A stretch of 38,478 bases of DNA from Macrostomum lignano (lineage: Eukaryota), in NCBI GenBank assembly GCA_002269645.1, contig NIVC01004671.1, positions 1 to 38,478 on the forward strand, in the 5' to 3' direction. The translations under genes were made by a program, and so were the position numbers. The notes beneath the pieces are model-generated. The model was not told the DNA's origin. It searched no databases and saw only the letters and a list, made by a program, of their open reading frames with translations. Shown in pieces: positions 12,801-23,545 of the stretch. The stretch's first letter is position 1. Every line of letters begins with the position of its first letter.

Positions 12801-13485
12801 ATGGGATCTGTGACTGAGAATGTGATCTGGGACTCAGAATGGGATCTGGGACTGAGAATGGGATCTGTGACTGAGAATGTGATCTGGGACTCAGAATGGG
12901 ATCTGTGACTGAGAATGGGATCTGTGAATAATTATAATGGGATCTGAGACTGAGAATGGGATCTGGGACTGAGAATGGGATCTGTGACTAATTATAATGG
13001 GATCTGGGACTGAGAATGGGATCAGTGACTGAGAATGGAATCTGTGACTAATTATAATGGGATCTGCGACTGAGAATGGGATCTGGGACTGAGAATGGGA
13101 TCCGGGACTCAGAATGGGATCTGTGACTGAGAATGGGATCTGTGACTAATTATAATGGGATCTGAGACTGAGAATGGGATCTGGGACTGAGAATGGGATC
13201 CAGGACTGAGAATTGGATCTGTGACTGAGAATGGGATCTGTGACTAATTATAATGGGATCTGAGACTGAGAATGGGATCTGAGACTGAGAATGGGATCTG
13301 GGACTGAGAATGGGATCCAGGACTGAGAATTGGATCTGTGACTGAGAATGGGATCTGTGACTAATTATAATGGGATCTGAGACTGAGAATGGGATCTGAG
13401 ACTGAGAATGGGATCTGTGACTAATTATAATGGGATCTGAGACTGAGAATGGGATCTGAAACTGAGAATGGGATCTGGGACTGAG
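9820..13485 (+). repeat. ~3.7-kb 19-20-bp satellite (GAGAATGGGATCTGGGACT with AATTATAATGGGATCT variants)
   Basis: Direct reading; variant units recur in repeated blocks. Confidence 0.97.
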
Positions 13486-13640
13486 AACTAAATTTAATGA
13501 GCTAAAAATCATCGTGTACACGACAAAAACCTGTTGAGCAATTCCGATCGCAGTGCCCGCGGTTTCTAATGAGCCGGTTATAATTATCACCTTTCCAAGT
13601 TCCATAATTACCAAAAGCAAGAGTTGCTAAGAATCTGAAT

Positions 13641-13850
13641 TACGAGGGTTGTCAGGAAAGTAGTGTTACTTTTACTTGTTGCGGACGTTTGGTCAGTTGC
13701 ATTGACACAAGTTTGGTGTCGTTTGAAAGTGTCGTTTGAAAGAAAATCCGACTGCAAAAACGATGGGGCAGACCGGCAGACTTCGTGAAACGGGAAGGCT
13801 GCACGACCGAGACGTGTGCGTGGATTGATATTAGAAGACGAAAGAACTTT
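13641..13850 (+). mobile_element. Possible degenerate mariner 5' end
   Basis: TACGAGGGTTGTCAGGAAAGT resembles mariner TA+CGAGGG termini; fragments GRPA and RGLILEDER resemble the mariner N-terminus. No partner TIR found. Confidence 0.35.
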
Positions 13851-14994
13851 ATTATTTCTTCAGTTCATCTGCACCTGTCTCTGTTTTCTCTCCCTCTCTG
13901 TCCAGTTTAGTCTTGTTATTTTCTCTCTCTCCCTCGCTGCTTTCTGATTGGCTCTCCAATCTTGCCTCTTTCCTCAGTCGCGCAATCGATCCACCCCTCA
14001 TTTTCTTACTTGCACTCAACCGCCCCACCCCAAGTTTAATGTCAAGGACCACTAGAAGTTACCGTTGTATCAAGACGTCTAGTAAAATGCTGTTTTGAAG
14101 GCAAGCATCGCTAAATAGGTGTAAACAAAAGGGCCTTCAAATAATTCTGCAATATTTACGAGTGTTACGACCTGATACAATGGTAACTTCTGAGCGTAGT
14201 GGTCCTTGGACCTTGTTTAATGTCTTATAAATTTTACTCATTTGGGCCCTGCACCCACTTACTGTTTCTTTTCAACTCAAATTAGGTGTCAGATAATTAC
14301 CCTCAAAAAACGTTTTATACTGCCTCATGGCAGTCGGCGGAGGACGCACTCCTCTGGCCGAGGCGAAGCCGAGATATTTTCAGAGCAGAATAGACATCGA
14401 AGAAGCAAAGAGATAAGATTTGTTGCTCGAACCTTACTGCCAGAAAGGATTCTGCACAAAGTAATCACTTGCGAGAAGAGCTTTTAATTTGAGGCAACCG
14501 AGCCATCAAAGAAGCTTACACAGACATGCTACTTTAAAATCGAAGTTTACCGAGCTGGGGATTTTATGAAAAGCCACTGCATCCGAGGTTCTTATGACAA
14601 TGTTCAGCCCGATACAAAAGAAACGCTTATGAAATAGAGGACCAACCACTTTAAATTTATACCCTTTTGGCCGCGCCGAATAAGTCTATGGTCCAATGTA
14701 CCTCGTAACAGACGTTTATTTGTCCCGGCCAAATAAACGATCCAAATAAATAATAAGGCAAACGAATGAGCCATAAGAAAGTACTCAAAGAAATGTACAT
14801 GTACAAGTAACAGATTATAATGTTTTAGAAAAGCGAGCAGTTGTTAACCAGTTTTTTGGCTTGACAGTTAAAAGTGAGTCAACGGGTCGTAACAGATCAA
14901 CTCAATCAAAGTAGACAATCACCCCGCACAACTCCACATTGACCCCCTCCCCCAAGTCACAGAACTCACCAGTTGTCGTGGACATCACTACCAA

Positions 14995-15230
14995 TCACAC
15001 CTTCACACCAGAGTTTCTCTTCGGACGTCGGCTCTCATTGAATTCCTCGTCCTTCCAGAGGCTCCATGGCTTTCCGCATTGGTTGAGCAAGTAGTATTGC
15101 AGCATGCTGTAATCCTTCAACGTAGAAGCACGTAGAAGTAGAATTAGTAAGCGATCACCACGTGAATTTCGGATCTCTAAGCTAAAACACTTAAGAACGT
15201 AGTTGAGATCGTTGCTCAAACTCGATAGTC
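14995..15230 (-). pseudogene. Crypton-like (ZMYM2/KCTD1/QRICH1-type, region upstream of DUF3504) coding remnant
   Basis: DLNYVLKCFSLEIRNSRGD...STLKDY.SMLQYYL...KPWSLWKDEEFNESRR resembles the family pattern ELNY.L..F..E(I/V)R...G..Y...(T/S)L......LQ.YL......(N/S)I..D..F...R (recalled, not searched). Confidence 0.55.
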
Positions 15231-15964
15231 GCTTGCGGTTGCCAATGGCAAGTCACTTAAGACAGCTTAGACTTCAGCAAGACTACTAAGTGATTCAAGG
15301 CAAATAACTCGAAAATGTCACAGAAAAGGTTTAGTAGAGATTGAGACAACTACTCGCCTCGGCCAAGAAACTAGTCCTCTGCTTTTGCTTCAGACCAAAG
15401 AAATAAATAAACGGAAATAAGTGTCATTTAATACCTACTTGACTACAAGCCAACGCGTAATAATATCAAACGCACATGTGCCGCAAAGGTTATTCCACCC
15501 TATTCGTGGTTCTTGCCAATAGCTGGTATCATCTTGATGGACTCCCCAAACCTTTCAATGCTGTCGAGCAGCGTCAACGAACGAGCAACGGATAAATTGG
15601 ATCTCACTAGAGTTTACTACAATTTTGACGACGGGTGCATCCACCCTATGAATAAAAAAGCATTCAATATTCACTTGGTGGACGCCACTCGGCTCTTAGC
15701 CCTTCAACACCCGCGACAATTAGTCGAAAAAGCTATTTTTTTAAGAAGCCGATCTCCAATCGAAGACTTGGTCAGGAATAATAACGGAATATAGACGTCC
15801 AATGGCTATACTGCAAATGCTATCGGGGGCCGCGATTGGTTAGGGCTGACTAAAAAAAGCAATTCTAGCTTCTAAATCTTCTAAGTAGCTACGAGCGTGG
15901 TACGGATACATTCTGATTTTAGCGGCACAAAATTTTTGAGTAAGCTTGACTCCAGAACCATCAC

Positions 15965-17068
15965 AATGAATCTCAAACTGCTGACTGCCGCTCTGCTCCT
16001 GCAGGCCCTCGTCATCGCCGACTGCCAGGCCAGTTCGAAGAGAAACGAGTTCCGACTCGACTCAAGCGACAGCAGCTCATCGCCAGTGAGCTTCGCTTCG
16101 CGCAAGTCGGCCAGCCGGATCCACTGCTCCGGACTGTGCTCAGCCAGGTCTGGCTGCTTTGGCATCTGCTGGCTCAGCTTGCTAGAGACTGCCGGCTCTT
16201 CACGGTGTCCGCCTTCTTCAACAGGGACTCCTGGACACTGCTCACGACCGGGCGTTGCGACATCTATGCTCGCGTGGTCCAAGGTAAGTGGAAGGTGCGA
16301 GGTCACACTGAGTTTTATGCTGTTTACCAAGCACAATAAAAAACACCTATAATTTCAAATGCAAGCATTAGAAAGATTCTGTTCACAGACTGCACTCAAA
16401 GCAGGGTTTCATCGGACCGATTTTGCAGCCGGGATATTGATGGAGACAAGCGTCAAGAATATCTTGACGGATCTTGCAGCCACACATTTAACGAGCCATC
16501 TGAGTGGTGGGAGGGCCGGCTGTCACAGCAGTCCATGGTCGCATCCGTCACCATCTACAACAGGCAGGACTGCTGCCCTCAACGTTTGAACGACTTCCAG
16601 CTGCTGGTTGACGGAGTTGTGTGCCACGAGGTGAACATTGAGACTCCATTCTTGGTGAAGAACCTCAGCTGCTGGCAGCTCGGCAATCGAGTTCGAGTTC
16701 TGAATCGGCAGGTCCAGGCGTTTTCCATCTGCGAGATCGAAGCATATGGCTTCTTCTATCCTGGCTGATCCGGAAGCTTCAATGGAACTCTGTTAGATAG
16801 TTGACTAGCTTAATTTTCTAAGCGACATTCATTGAACAGTTTTTTTCAGAATTCAATCGTTCTAATGGTCGATAAATATACCAAAGCATGTCACAAGGAT
16901 CTGAAGATTAAAGTGAAATCCCTGCTGACAAGTAAAAGCAATAATTTCAATGACTTCGATGTTTTTATTGATTCACTGTTGACAAGTTTGCTCCCTCACA
17001 GTGGGGTGCTTTTTCTCAGTGCCAAGTTTTTTGCAGTGAAGGCAAGTGCTTGACAGCACCTTCTGAGC
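15965..17068 (+). repeat. Segmental duplication unit, paralogous to 22839-24241
   Basis: Near-identical exon 1, exon 2 and ~300 bp of 3' flank; the introns differ (75 vs 396 bp). Confidence 0.93.
15966..16768 (+). pseudogene. PAN/Apple + F-type lectin gene, copy 1 (disrupted)
   Basis: Exon 1 15966-16283 is 1 nt short relative to copy 2 (AGCTTGCT vs AGCTCTGCT, ~16180). The exon 2 acceptor reads TTCAA instead of TTCAG (16357-16358). Exon 2 (16359-16768) is still open. Confidence 0.85.
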
Positions 17069-17785
17069 ACACCCTTGTACAAATTTAATTGTTAGCATCA
17101 ACCTTATCTGACTAAAATGTATATTATCTCGTAGCGTGTCCCCCCCCCTCGAAGCAGTCTTAGTAAGCGAGTGGTCATTTAAACTGAGCTGCAAATGAAC
17201 ATGCAATAGGAATGCAGACTGGGAGTTATGAGCCGCACTGTCTCAGCCCTGCATCTTGAGCCAACCTGAGTCGCAGGCGTAAAATTCTGGTTGTCTACTG
17301 CAGATTTGAATCCTCAAGGTTCGAATTAGACTTCGCCGTTCGATAAAAGCTTTCCTGACCAAATGTTTGACAATGAAGAAACGTGTGCGACTGCAATTTT
17401 GGGGTGAATTTGCGTGAATTACCCCAGGGAAAATCGACGGCTCACAGCAGGCTTATATATTTAGTTTAGCTTAAGTTGCACTGCAGTATTGACTATTATT
17501 TCAGCAGAAGAAAAGATTGAGTTGCTGAAATATGGAAATTTATGACTGTTATGACTGTGAAGGAACAAAACCCATCGTAACTGTTTCGGTCGAGTAACAT
17601 TGCTCCTCAGAAAAATTCTCAAGAGTCCATTGGCTGTACGAAAACTTTGAGAAAATTTAAATTTCAAAGGTAAAAAATCAATTATTATACTCGGTTTACT
17701 CGTAGTAGCATACAAAGAATATTTCAGTCCTAATTTTATTCATAGCATGTCTAACGCTTCGAGTCTTCGAGTATTGTACTAGGAA

Positions 17786-18400
17786 GTGGCTCCTTTCATC
17801 GCAACATGGATTCCGCGTTTTGGAATACCGCTCTACGTCATCACAGATCGCGAACCACAGTCAGAGTTTGAAGAGGAGCTTTCCGACGTCTTCTCATCCA
17901 CTGTTGGGCTCCACAGACTTCGCACCACGGCTTACCATCCACAGTGCAGCGAGAAAGTGGGGAGAGCCCGTCGCACTCCCAAGACGATCCTCAAGGCGCG
18001 AGGTGTTTCATGACTCGACAATCTGCCCCTAGCGTTACTTGCGATGCACATCGCACCGGACGATGCAGGTGTCAGCCCTTTCAGCAGACTTACCGGCGAG
18101 AACCCCATGCTCCTCGGTCAGCGCTTCGGACCCTGCAACGATTCCATTGAATGTTGAGCAACTGCTCCAACACCCGCCCAGGGCAATCCGCCGTCAAAAC
18201 CACGCTCCTAAAGACCTGTGAACAACCGACAAAGTCTGAATCCGAGTGGACAGGGTTAGAAGGCCACTGGAAGCGCCATACACAGGACCACCCAGTCAAC
18301 CGACGCACGCCCAAGTTCTTCATTGTCGAGACGCGACCAAGTCAGGAAGCAATTTCCATCGACTGTCTGAAACCATGCCCCTCAGCAGTCCGCAGCCAGA
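17786..18400 (+). mobile_element. Decayed Ty3/Gypsy integrase
   Basis: WIPRFGIP..VITDR..Q, GLHRLRTTAYHPQ, *LDNLPLALLAMH, and later ISIDCLKP; contains stops and frameshifts; no LTRs recognised. Confidence 0.88.
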
Positions 18401-19722
18401 TCACAAATAGGACCCGCCACATCGCCACCCAGCGACGGAGACACCCAGGAGTCTCATCAGGACACTGTGGCCACCGAAAACCACGAGGGAAACCAGAACC
18501 ACACCAGCAGCAGCCTGCACCCCCAACACAACGGACGACCAGCAAAGAAGAACCCTTTTTCTACTTCCGACTGCTGACCTTTGCAAACTTGAATATGAAC
18601 CCAACTTACCCGGCCAACCCATTTCTACATCTCGTAATTGCTGCTTATCGTTGTACATAACTTCATTGCCATAACACCACACCCACAAGTTGCTACCTGA
18701 AGTATATGTATCACCCGATACATAAGACGACTGGGTCACACCAGCAGAACCACACCAGCAGACGACTTGTACTTAAATCCCATCTCCGTACATGTGCAGC
18801 ACAAGGGCAACTTAAGTAGAAGGACGCAACACTCGAAATCTATGGTAAATGTTTTGAAGGCAACTTTTCGCCGAAAAATACACTACAGAGATAGGAGGTT
18901 TTAATTTTTTCAGCAAAAAAATTGTTATTGCTTTTGATAGGAGACAGGTCCACTGTTCATCTTTTGATATGTTGTGCATTTTATATTTCTCTATCGATAT
19001 TCATAAAGCTTTTCGTTCAGTTTTAAAGACAGGTTTCGCCGGAAAAATACACTACGGAGATAGGAAATTTCACGATTTTCAACACTAAAGCAGTGATTGA
19101 GTCTCTTAACAGTGTCAGAGAAAGTTCTAATCACACTATTTTGTGCCTCACAAATGATAATTCTAGCCTTTTGGGTGCAGTGAACGGTAACATCGCGAAA
19201 ATATGCAGTAAATGCTTGTTGCTATGCTCCATGTCTGAAGTTAAGCTTTTTCCCACTCCGTTGCTATGCAGTTTCAGCGTCCTCATGCGACTGTCAGTCT
19301 TCATAATAGAATTATTCAGCCTCCGGACCGAGCAACAGGGCAACGGACCTGTCAATCATTACTTTATTGAGGCCACCAGCTACGAAAATTTACTTATTGC
19401 GAGTGAGCCATGCATGGCCCTAGAATGCTTCATTGTATGCGATTATACAATGCTAAATACAGCCTTCATTGTACGCTCGTATTCTCGCGAAAACAACAAA
19501 ACAAAACAAAAAGCATCCGTCTCAAAAGAATGCAGTCACTCCACCCACACTGTTAGGTTGTCAAAATACATATTTTATGTTCAAAGCACGAATAAAGAGG
19601 CCTTCTGTACCAGCATAGCTTAAGCCTCCATAGAACCTAATAGCCACTGACCATTGTTGCAGCAGATAGGGAACCATCAATCTTTTTAACTGTGAAATTT
19701 GGAATACTCCATTTCTGTCACC

Positions 19723-19857
19723 ATGTCACTCCGGGCAGATTTAATGTTTCTTTCTAATGACTCAGGTAACAGGTGGACACTAACAGTCGTTGACATTGAC
19801 ACCCAGTATAAAGAAGCTCGCCTACTAAAGACAAAAAAGTCTACAAGAAGCAGTTGA
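19723..19857 (+). mobile_element. Polinton/Maverick-type integrase fragment
   Basis: RADLMFLSNDSGNRWTLTVVDIDTQYKEARLLKTKKS resembles the Polinton integrase pattern QADLLFLP.D..YKYALTVVD.ASRYKEA.PL.SK (recalled). Confidence 0.6.
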
Positions 19858-19956
19858 AAATTCTGCAAGATACTCTAAGAGTATCTTAGAGTATCTTAGA
19901 GCACCCTTCAGCTATAGACAAAAGTCTCCTGCAAAAGCACAATGTAAGATTACTAA

Positions 19957-20854
19957 TATTGGTTTTTGCATGCTAAGTGAGACATTTTTCAAGCAATCTG
20001 AGACTGAATAGCAAAAACACTATTGTCTATGGCCATCCCTCGCTGCAGCCCAGCTTTTTGGGCGCGCCTTGCAAGTAAAGTGAGAAATTTTTTCAAGCTA
20101 AGTGAGAACCAACCACCGTTCGTCGCACAGGCTGGCCAACTCTTGCTCGACCCTGCGTCCTTCTCGTCCATAGGTTGTAGCCAGTCTCATCGATAAACAC
20201 AGCCAGGTCATTCACAGGCAGTCCCGTCATCATCATAGCATAGTCGCGCCTCGCTTGTATCACATCCTGTGTATTCGCAGCAAGCCTCACGTCGGCATCC
20301 TTGGTGGCGACTTTCAGTGAGATAAGCATGGAGTTCATCGCTCTAGCAATGGTGGATTCAGAGATAGCCGGCTTTTGTGGCAACTCCAAAGTCAGTTTTC
20401 TCTGCACATCCGTCAGAGTAACATAGGGATTTTGCTCAACTATCTGCTCAACGGCGTTCCGCATTTCAGCATCGATTTTTGTTGACCCCGGCTTGCGGCC
20501 ACCGCGTTGCAACGCATGGAATTCACCAGTAGCTGCGTAGCGACTCCATATCCGATAGGCCGTCTTCTTGTTCAGATTAAGGATTTTGGACGCAGTCGAA
20601 ATTGAGTAACCATCTTCGACGGCATTGACCAGGCGCTCTCTATCCTCGTTGCTTGTTAGACGCAGTTGATTTGCCATAGCCCAGCCTTTGTTTTCAATAT
20701 GGTTCTCACTTAGCTTTAAAAAATTTCTCACTTTGCTTGCAAGGCGATCCCAAAAAACTGGGCTGCAGCGAGGGGTGGCCATAGACAATAGTGTTTTTGC
20801 TATTCAGTCTCAGATTGCTTGAAAAATGTCTCACTTAGCATGCAAAAACCAATA
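19957..20854 (-). mobile_element. Internally deleted IS630/Tc1-like DNA transposon with ~155-bp TIRs
   Basis: Inverted arms 19957-20111 and 20700-20854 (about 6 mismatches), TA-containing termini, transposase 5' half inside. Confidence 0.9.
20093..20677 (-). pseudogene. Truncated IS630/Tc1 (DDE_3-type) transposase
   Basis: ATG at 20677; HTH (LNLNKKTAYRIW, GGRK), ISESTIAR, and first catalytic Asp in VFIDETGYNLWTRRTQGR. The ORF then runs into the TIR, so the second D and the E are absent. Confidence 0.88.
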
Positions 20855-20899
20855 CTAGGCTTTCGAGTGCGATAATAGTCTTGGCTCGAGTGCGCGAAG

Positions 20900-21300
20900 T
20901 TGTCAGCCTAACTGAGAATAAAGCCATCCAAAGTGAGAATCCTGCCTACGCTGACTGCGAAGGGCCTGGCTGCGTGCAGCCTTAGTCTATGGGCCATAGA
21001 CAATAAAGGACAAGCAAAGTGATAAAAAGCCATCCAATGTGAGAATCCTGCCTACGCTGAATACGAAGGGCCTGGCTGCGTGCAGCCTTAGTCTATGGGC
21101 CATAGACAATAAAGGACAAGCAAAGTTTTAAAAGACCAATCGATTCTCACATTGGATGGCTTTTTATCACTTTGCTTGTCCTTTATTGTCTATGGCCCAT
21201 AGACTAAGGCTGCACGCAGCCAGGCCCTTCGCAGTCAGCGTAGGCAGGATTCTCACTTTGGATGGCTTTATTCTCAGTTAGGCTGACAAAACCAATATTA
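20900..21300. mobile_element. Foldback MITE related to the adjacent IS630/Tc1 TIR
   Basis: 147-bp arms 20900-21046 and 21143-21289, apparently perfect. The spacer is a direct partial copy of arm 1. The right end AAAACCAATATTAG matches the neighbour's terminus. Confidence 0.85.
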
Positions 21301-21304
21301 GGCA

Positions 21305-22214
21305 TATTGTCCCATGACTGAGCGTGCGTTGAAAAAATTCTTCGTCACAGCACTGTACTTTATTATCTGCACGCTTTTTGTTCCTGCAGCTAGGAGTTCC
21401 TACCATAGACATTTTCTTAGTGACCATAGACAATTTCTTGCTATGCACAAGCTTCTGATCGTGAGTTTGGCCACATATGGATTCATTATTTCCTAACGGC
21501 ATGAGAAGCGGCATGACGGCCGGTGAGATCTCCCACCATTTGGAGTGGGCCGACGTTGAGAAGCTTGTGGACGAGCAGTTACGTCTCCAATCAACTAGTG
21601 TGGACGACAACGAGGAGCTGAACCGCCTATTCGACTCCATCCCTGATTTAAACGACGACTTGGCCTCGATCGACCTTGACGCATCAATCCGGGCGCTGGA
21701 GCAAGAGACCGATGTCAAATCGTCTAAGAAGCATGAGACCAATACGTCGCGAAATTTCGCGATTTCTTGGCCAAGTATCCGCACCTGCGCGTCGATTTGG
21801 ACACCTCGCAACCTGAGGAGCTGAGCGTTGGCCTGCGCTACTTTTACGGCACTCTTCGCAAGACTGATGGCCAGCCGTATGCTCCTAGCAGCTCCTATGC
21901 TCCGGCTGCAAGTTTGGACGCATCTAAGATCTTCGTCGACCTTTCTGCTGTCATCTGTTTTACTGCTGACTTTTTGTTTCTGTGCATCGGTGTTAAATTC
22001 TGCTGTGTTTTTCTCCTTTGTTTTAATAAACGTTGCTTGCAAACTGCTGTTTTTTGTGGCGCTGTACGCTATTATCTGCACGCTTTTTCATTATCTGCAC
22101 GCTTTTTCATTATCTGCACGCTTTTTTGGCTACGCCGCGTAGGGTTGGGCCATAGACTGTAAGATTATTGCACGCTTTTTGGACCAAAAACGCACGCTCA
22201 GTCATGGGACAATA
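21305..22214 (+). mobile_element. Non-autonomous element with 26-bp perfect TIRs carrying a Crypton-like coding fragment
   Basis: TATTGTCCCATGACTGAGCGTGCGTT (21305-21330) and its reverse complement (22189-22214); internal 19-bp ATTATCTGCACGCTTTTTC repeats. Confidence 0.8.
21477..21895 (+). pseudogene. Crypton-like N-terminal fragment with a 1-nt frameshift near 21741
   Basis: KSSKKHET/YVAKFRDFLAKYPHL..DLDTSQPEELSVGLRYFYGTLRKTDGQPYAPSS matches the Crypton/DUF3504-associated pattern EEL...L..FY...RK.DG..Y..SS; homology stops there. Confidence 0.65.
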
Positions 22215-22839
22215 CAAAAATGCTTTGTGGCAGAGTGGAACAACATAGGGACCAAGCCTATGTAGAAAGAGTATTCAACCGAATAATTAACAATTCAATG
22301 ATTAAGTCGGAATCGGGCCACGCAGCATCACGGATGAAAATTCAGACAGTTTTTTTACTTTTGTCAAAAGAAGTCAAAAGTCAAACCCTTCGCAGCTCCT
22401 ATCCTTAATCATTGCAGGCGCTCTAGGAGCCGCAGGCAGAGTAAGCTGGAAGCGGTGGCATCTGCAGTTAAAGACAGCAGCGATACGAGAGCATACCAGC
22501 TAGAAATCCGAGAAAGAAAAGATTCCAAGAGACAATGGGGTCACAACAAAAGCACGAAAGGGATTCAAAATTATAAAAAAACCAAGACTTTACGTACTAG
22601 CGTGCGGGGAAGGATTTTCAAATGCGGATGAAAAGCTCAGCTCAGCTCATTGTTATATGCTGCTATATGCTCGTCGATTGAGCCATTAAAATAGGCGGCT
22701 ACGATTGGCCACCACAATCGATGTTATTGACTACTTAAGTCTCTTCCGTGCCTGGCGAAGAATGACATCTGCACAGTGGAAAGTTGTTGCTAGCAATTCT
22801 GATTCTTGCGAGACTACCGATAGCTAAAATATTGAAAGA

Positions 22840-23149
22840 ATGAATCTCAAACTGCTGACTGCCGCTCTGCTCCTGCAGGCCCTCGTCATCGCCGACTGCC
22901 AGGCCAGTTCGAAGAGAAACGAGTTCCGACTCGACTCAAGCGACAGCAGCTCATCGCCAGTGAGCTTCGCTTCGCACAAGGCGGCCAGCCGGATCCACTG
23001 CTCCGGACTGTGCTCAGCCAGGTCTGGCTGCTTTGGCATCTGCTGGCTCAGCTCTGCTAGAGACTGCCGGCTCTTCACGGTGTCCGCCTTCTTCAACAGG
23101 GACTCCTGGACACTGCTCACGACCGGGCGTTGCGACATCTATGCTCCAG
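22840..23149 (+). CDS. Secreted PAN/Apple + F-type lectin, copy 2, exon 1 (signal peptide and PAN-like domain)
   Basis: MNLKLLTAALLLQALVIADC signal peptide; HCSGLCSARSGCFGICWLSSARDCRL Cys pattern; G|GTAAGT donor (phase 1). Confidence 0.82.
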
Positions 23150-23545
23150 GTAAGTGGAACTTGTGGCTGGTGTCACTACGCTGGTATGAGTCTTGTGAGC
23201 ACTCTACGAGTGCATATGCTGTTTATGTTGGCTACGAGTTCAACGTCGTGCTGTATGTCAGCGCCTGCCTTCTGGCCTGCTGCGCGAGAGGCGACTCAGG
23301 CTCACTCGTCACGTCATCCGGTCGGAAAGTCGCTGCCGCCAGCCGTTACACGACCAGCTGTTGTGGACGGCAGGTTCCGCAGAGACTTTTGACGGATGCG
23401 CGAACCCCGGTCTGACTCTGACTTGGGAAGCTGACTTTTTGAGATGTGCAGCACAAAGGCGTGCGTTCTAACACCTCCCCCTCTGTGGCGTATGGTGTTG
23501 TTGTTGTTGTTGTTATTAAAGCATATTAAACGCCAACAATTTCAG

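Noticed and set aside
2600-13485. CRISPR-like regular repeats
   Set aside because: Units are contiguous with no unique spacers, there are no cas genes, and the context is eukaryotic.
13490-13637. Minus-strand frame FLATLAFGNYGTWKG...HCDRNCSTGFCRVH
   Set aside because: Cys spacing does not fit TSP1 or a zinc finger I can name; could be chance.
13852-14052. Charged 66-aa minus-strand ORF
   Set aside because: Explained by a CT-rich low-complexity tract; no homology recognised.
18864-19070. ~32-bp direct repeat (TTTCGCCG..AAAATACACTAC.GAGATAGGA), two copies ~170 bp apart
   Set aside because: Real, but I cannot assign it to an LTR or TIR; probably part of an unidentified TE relic.
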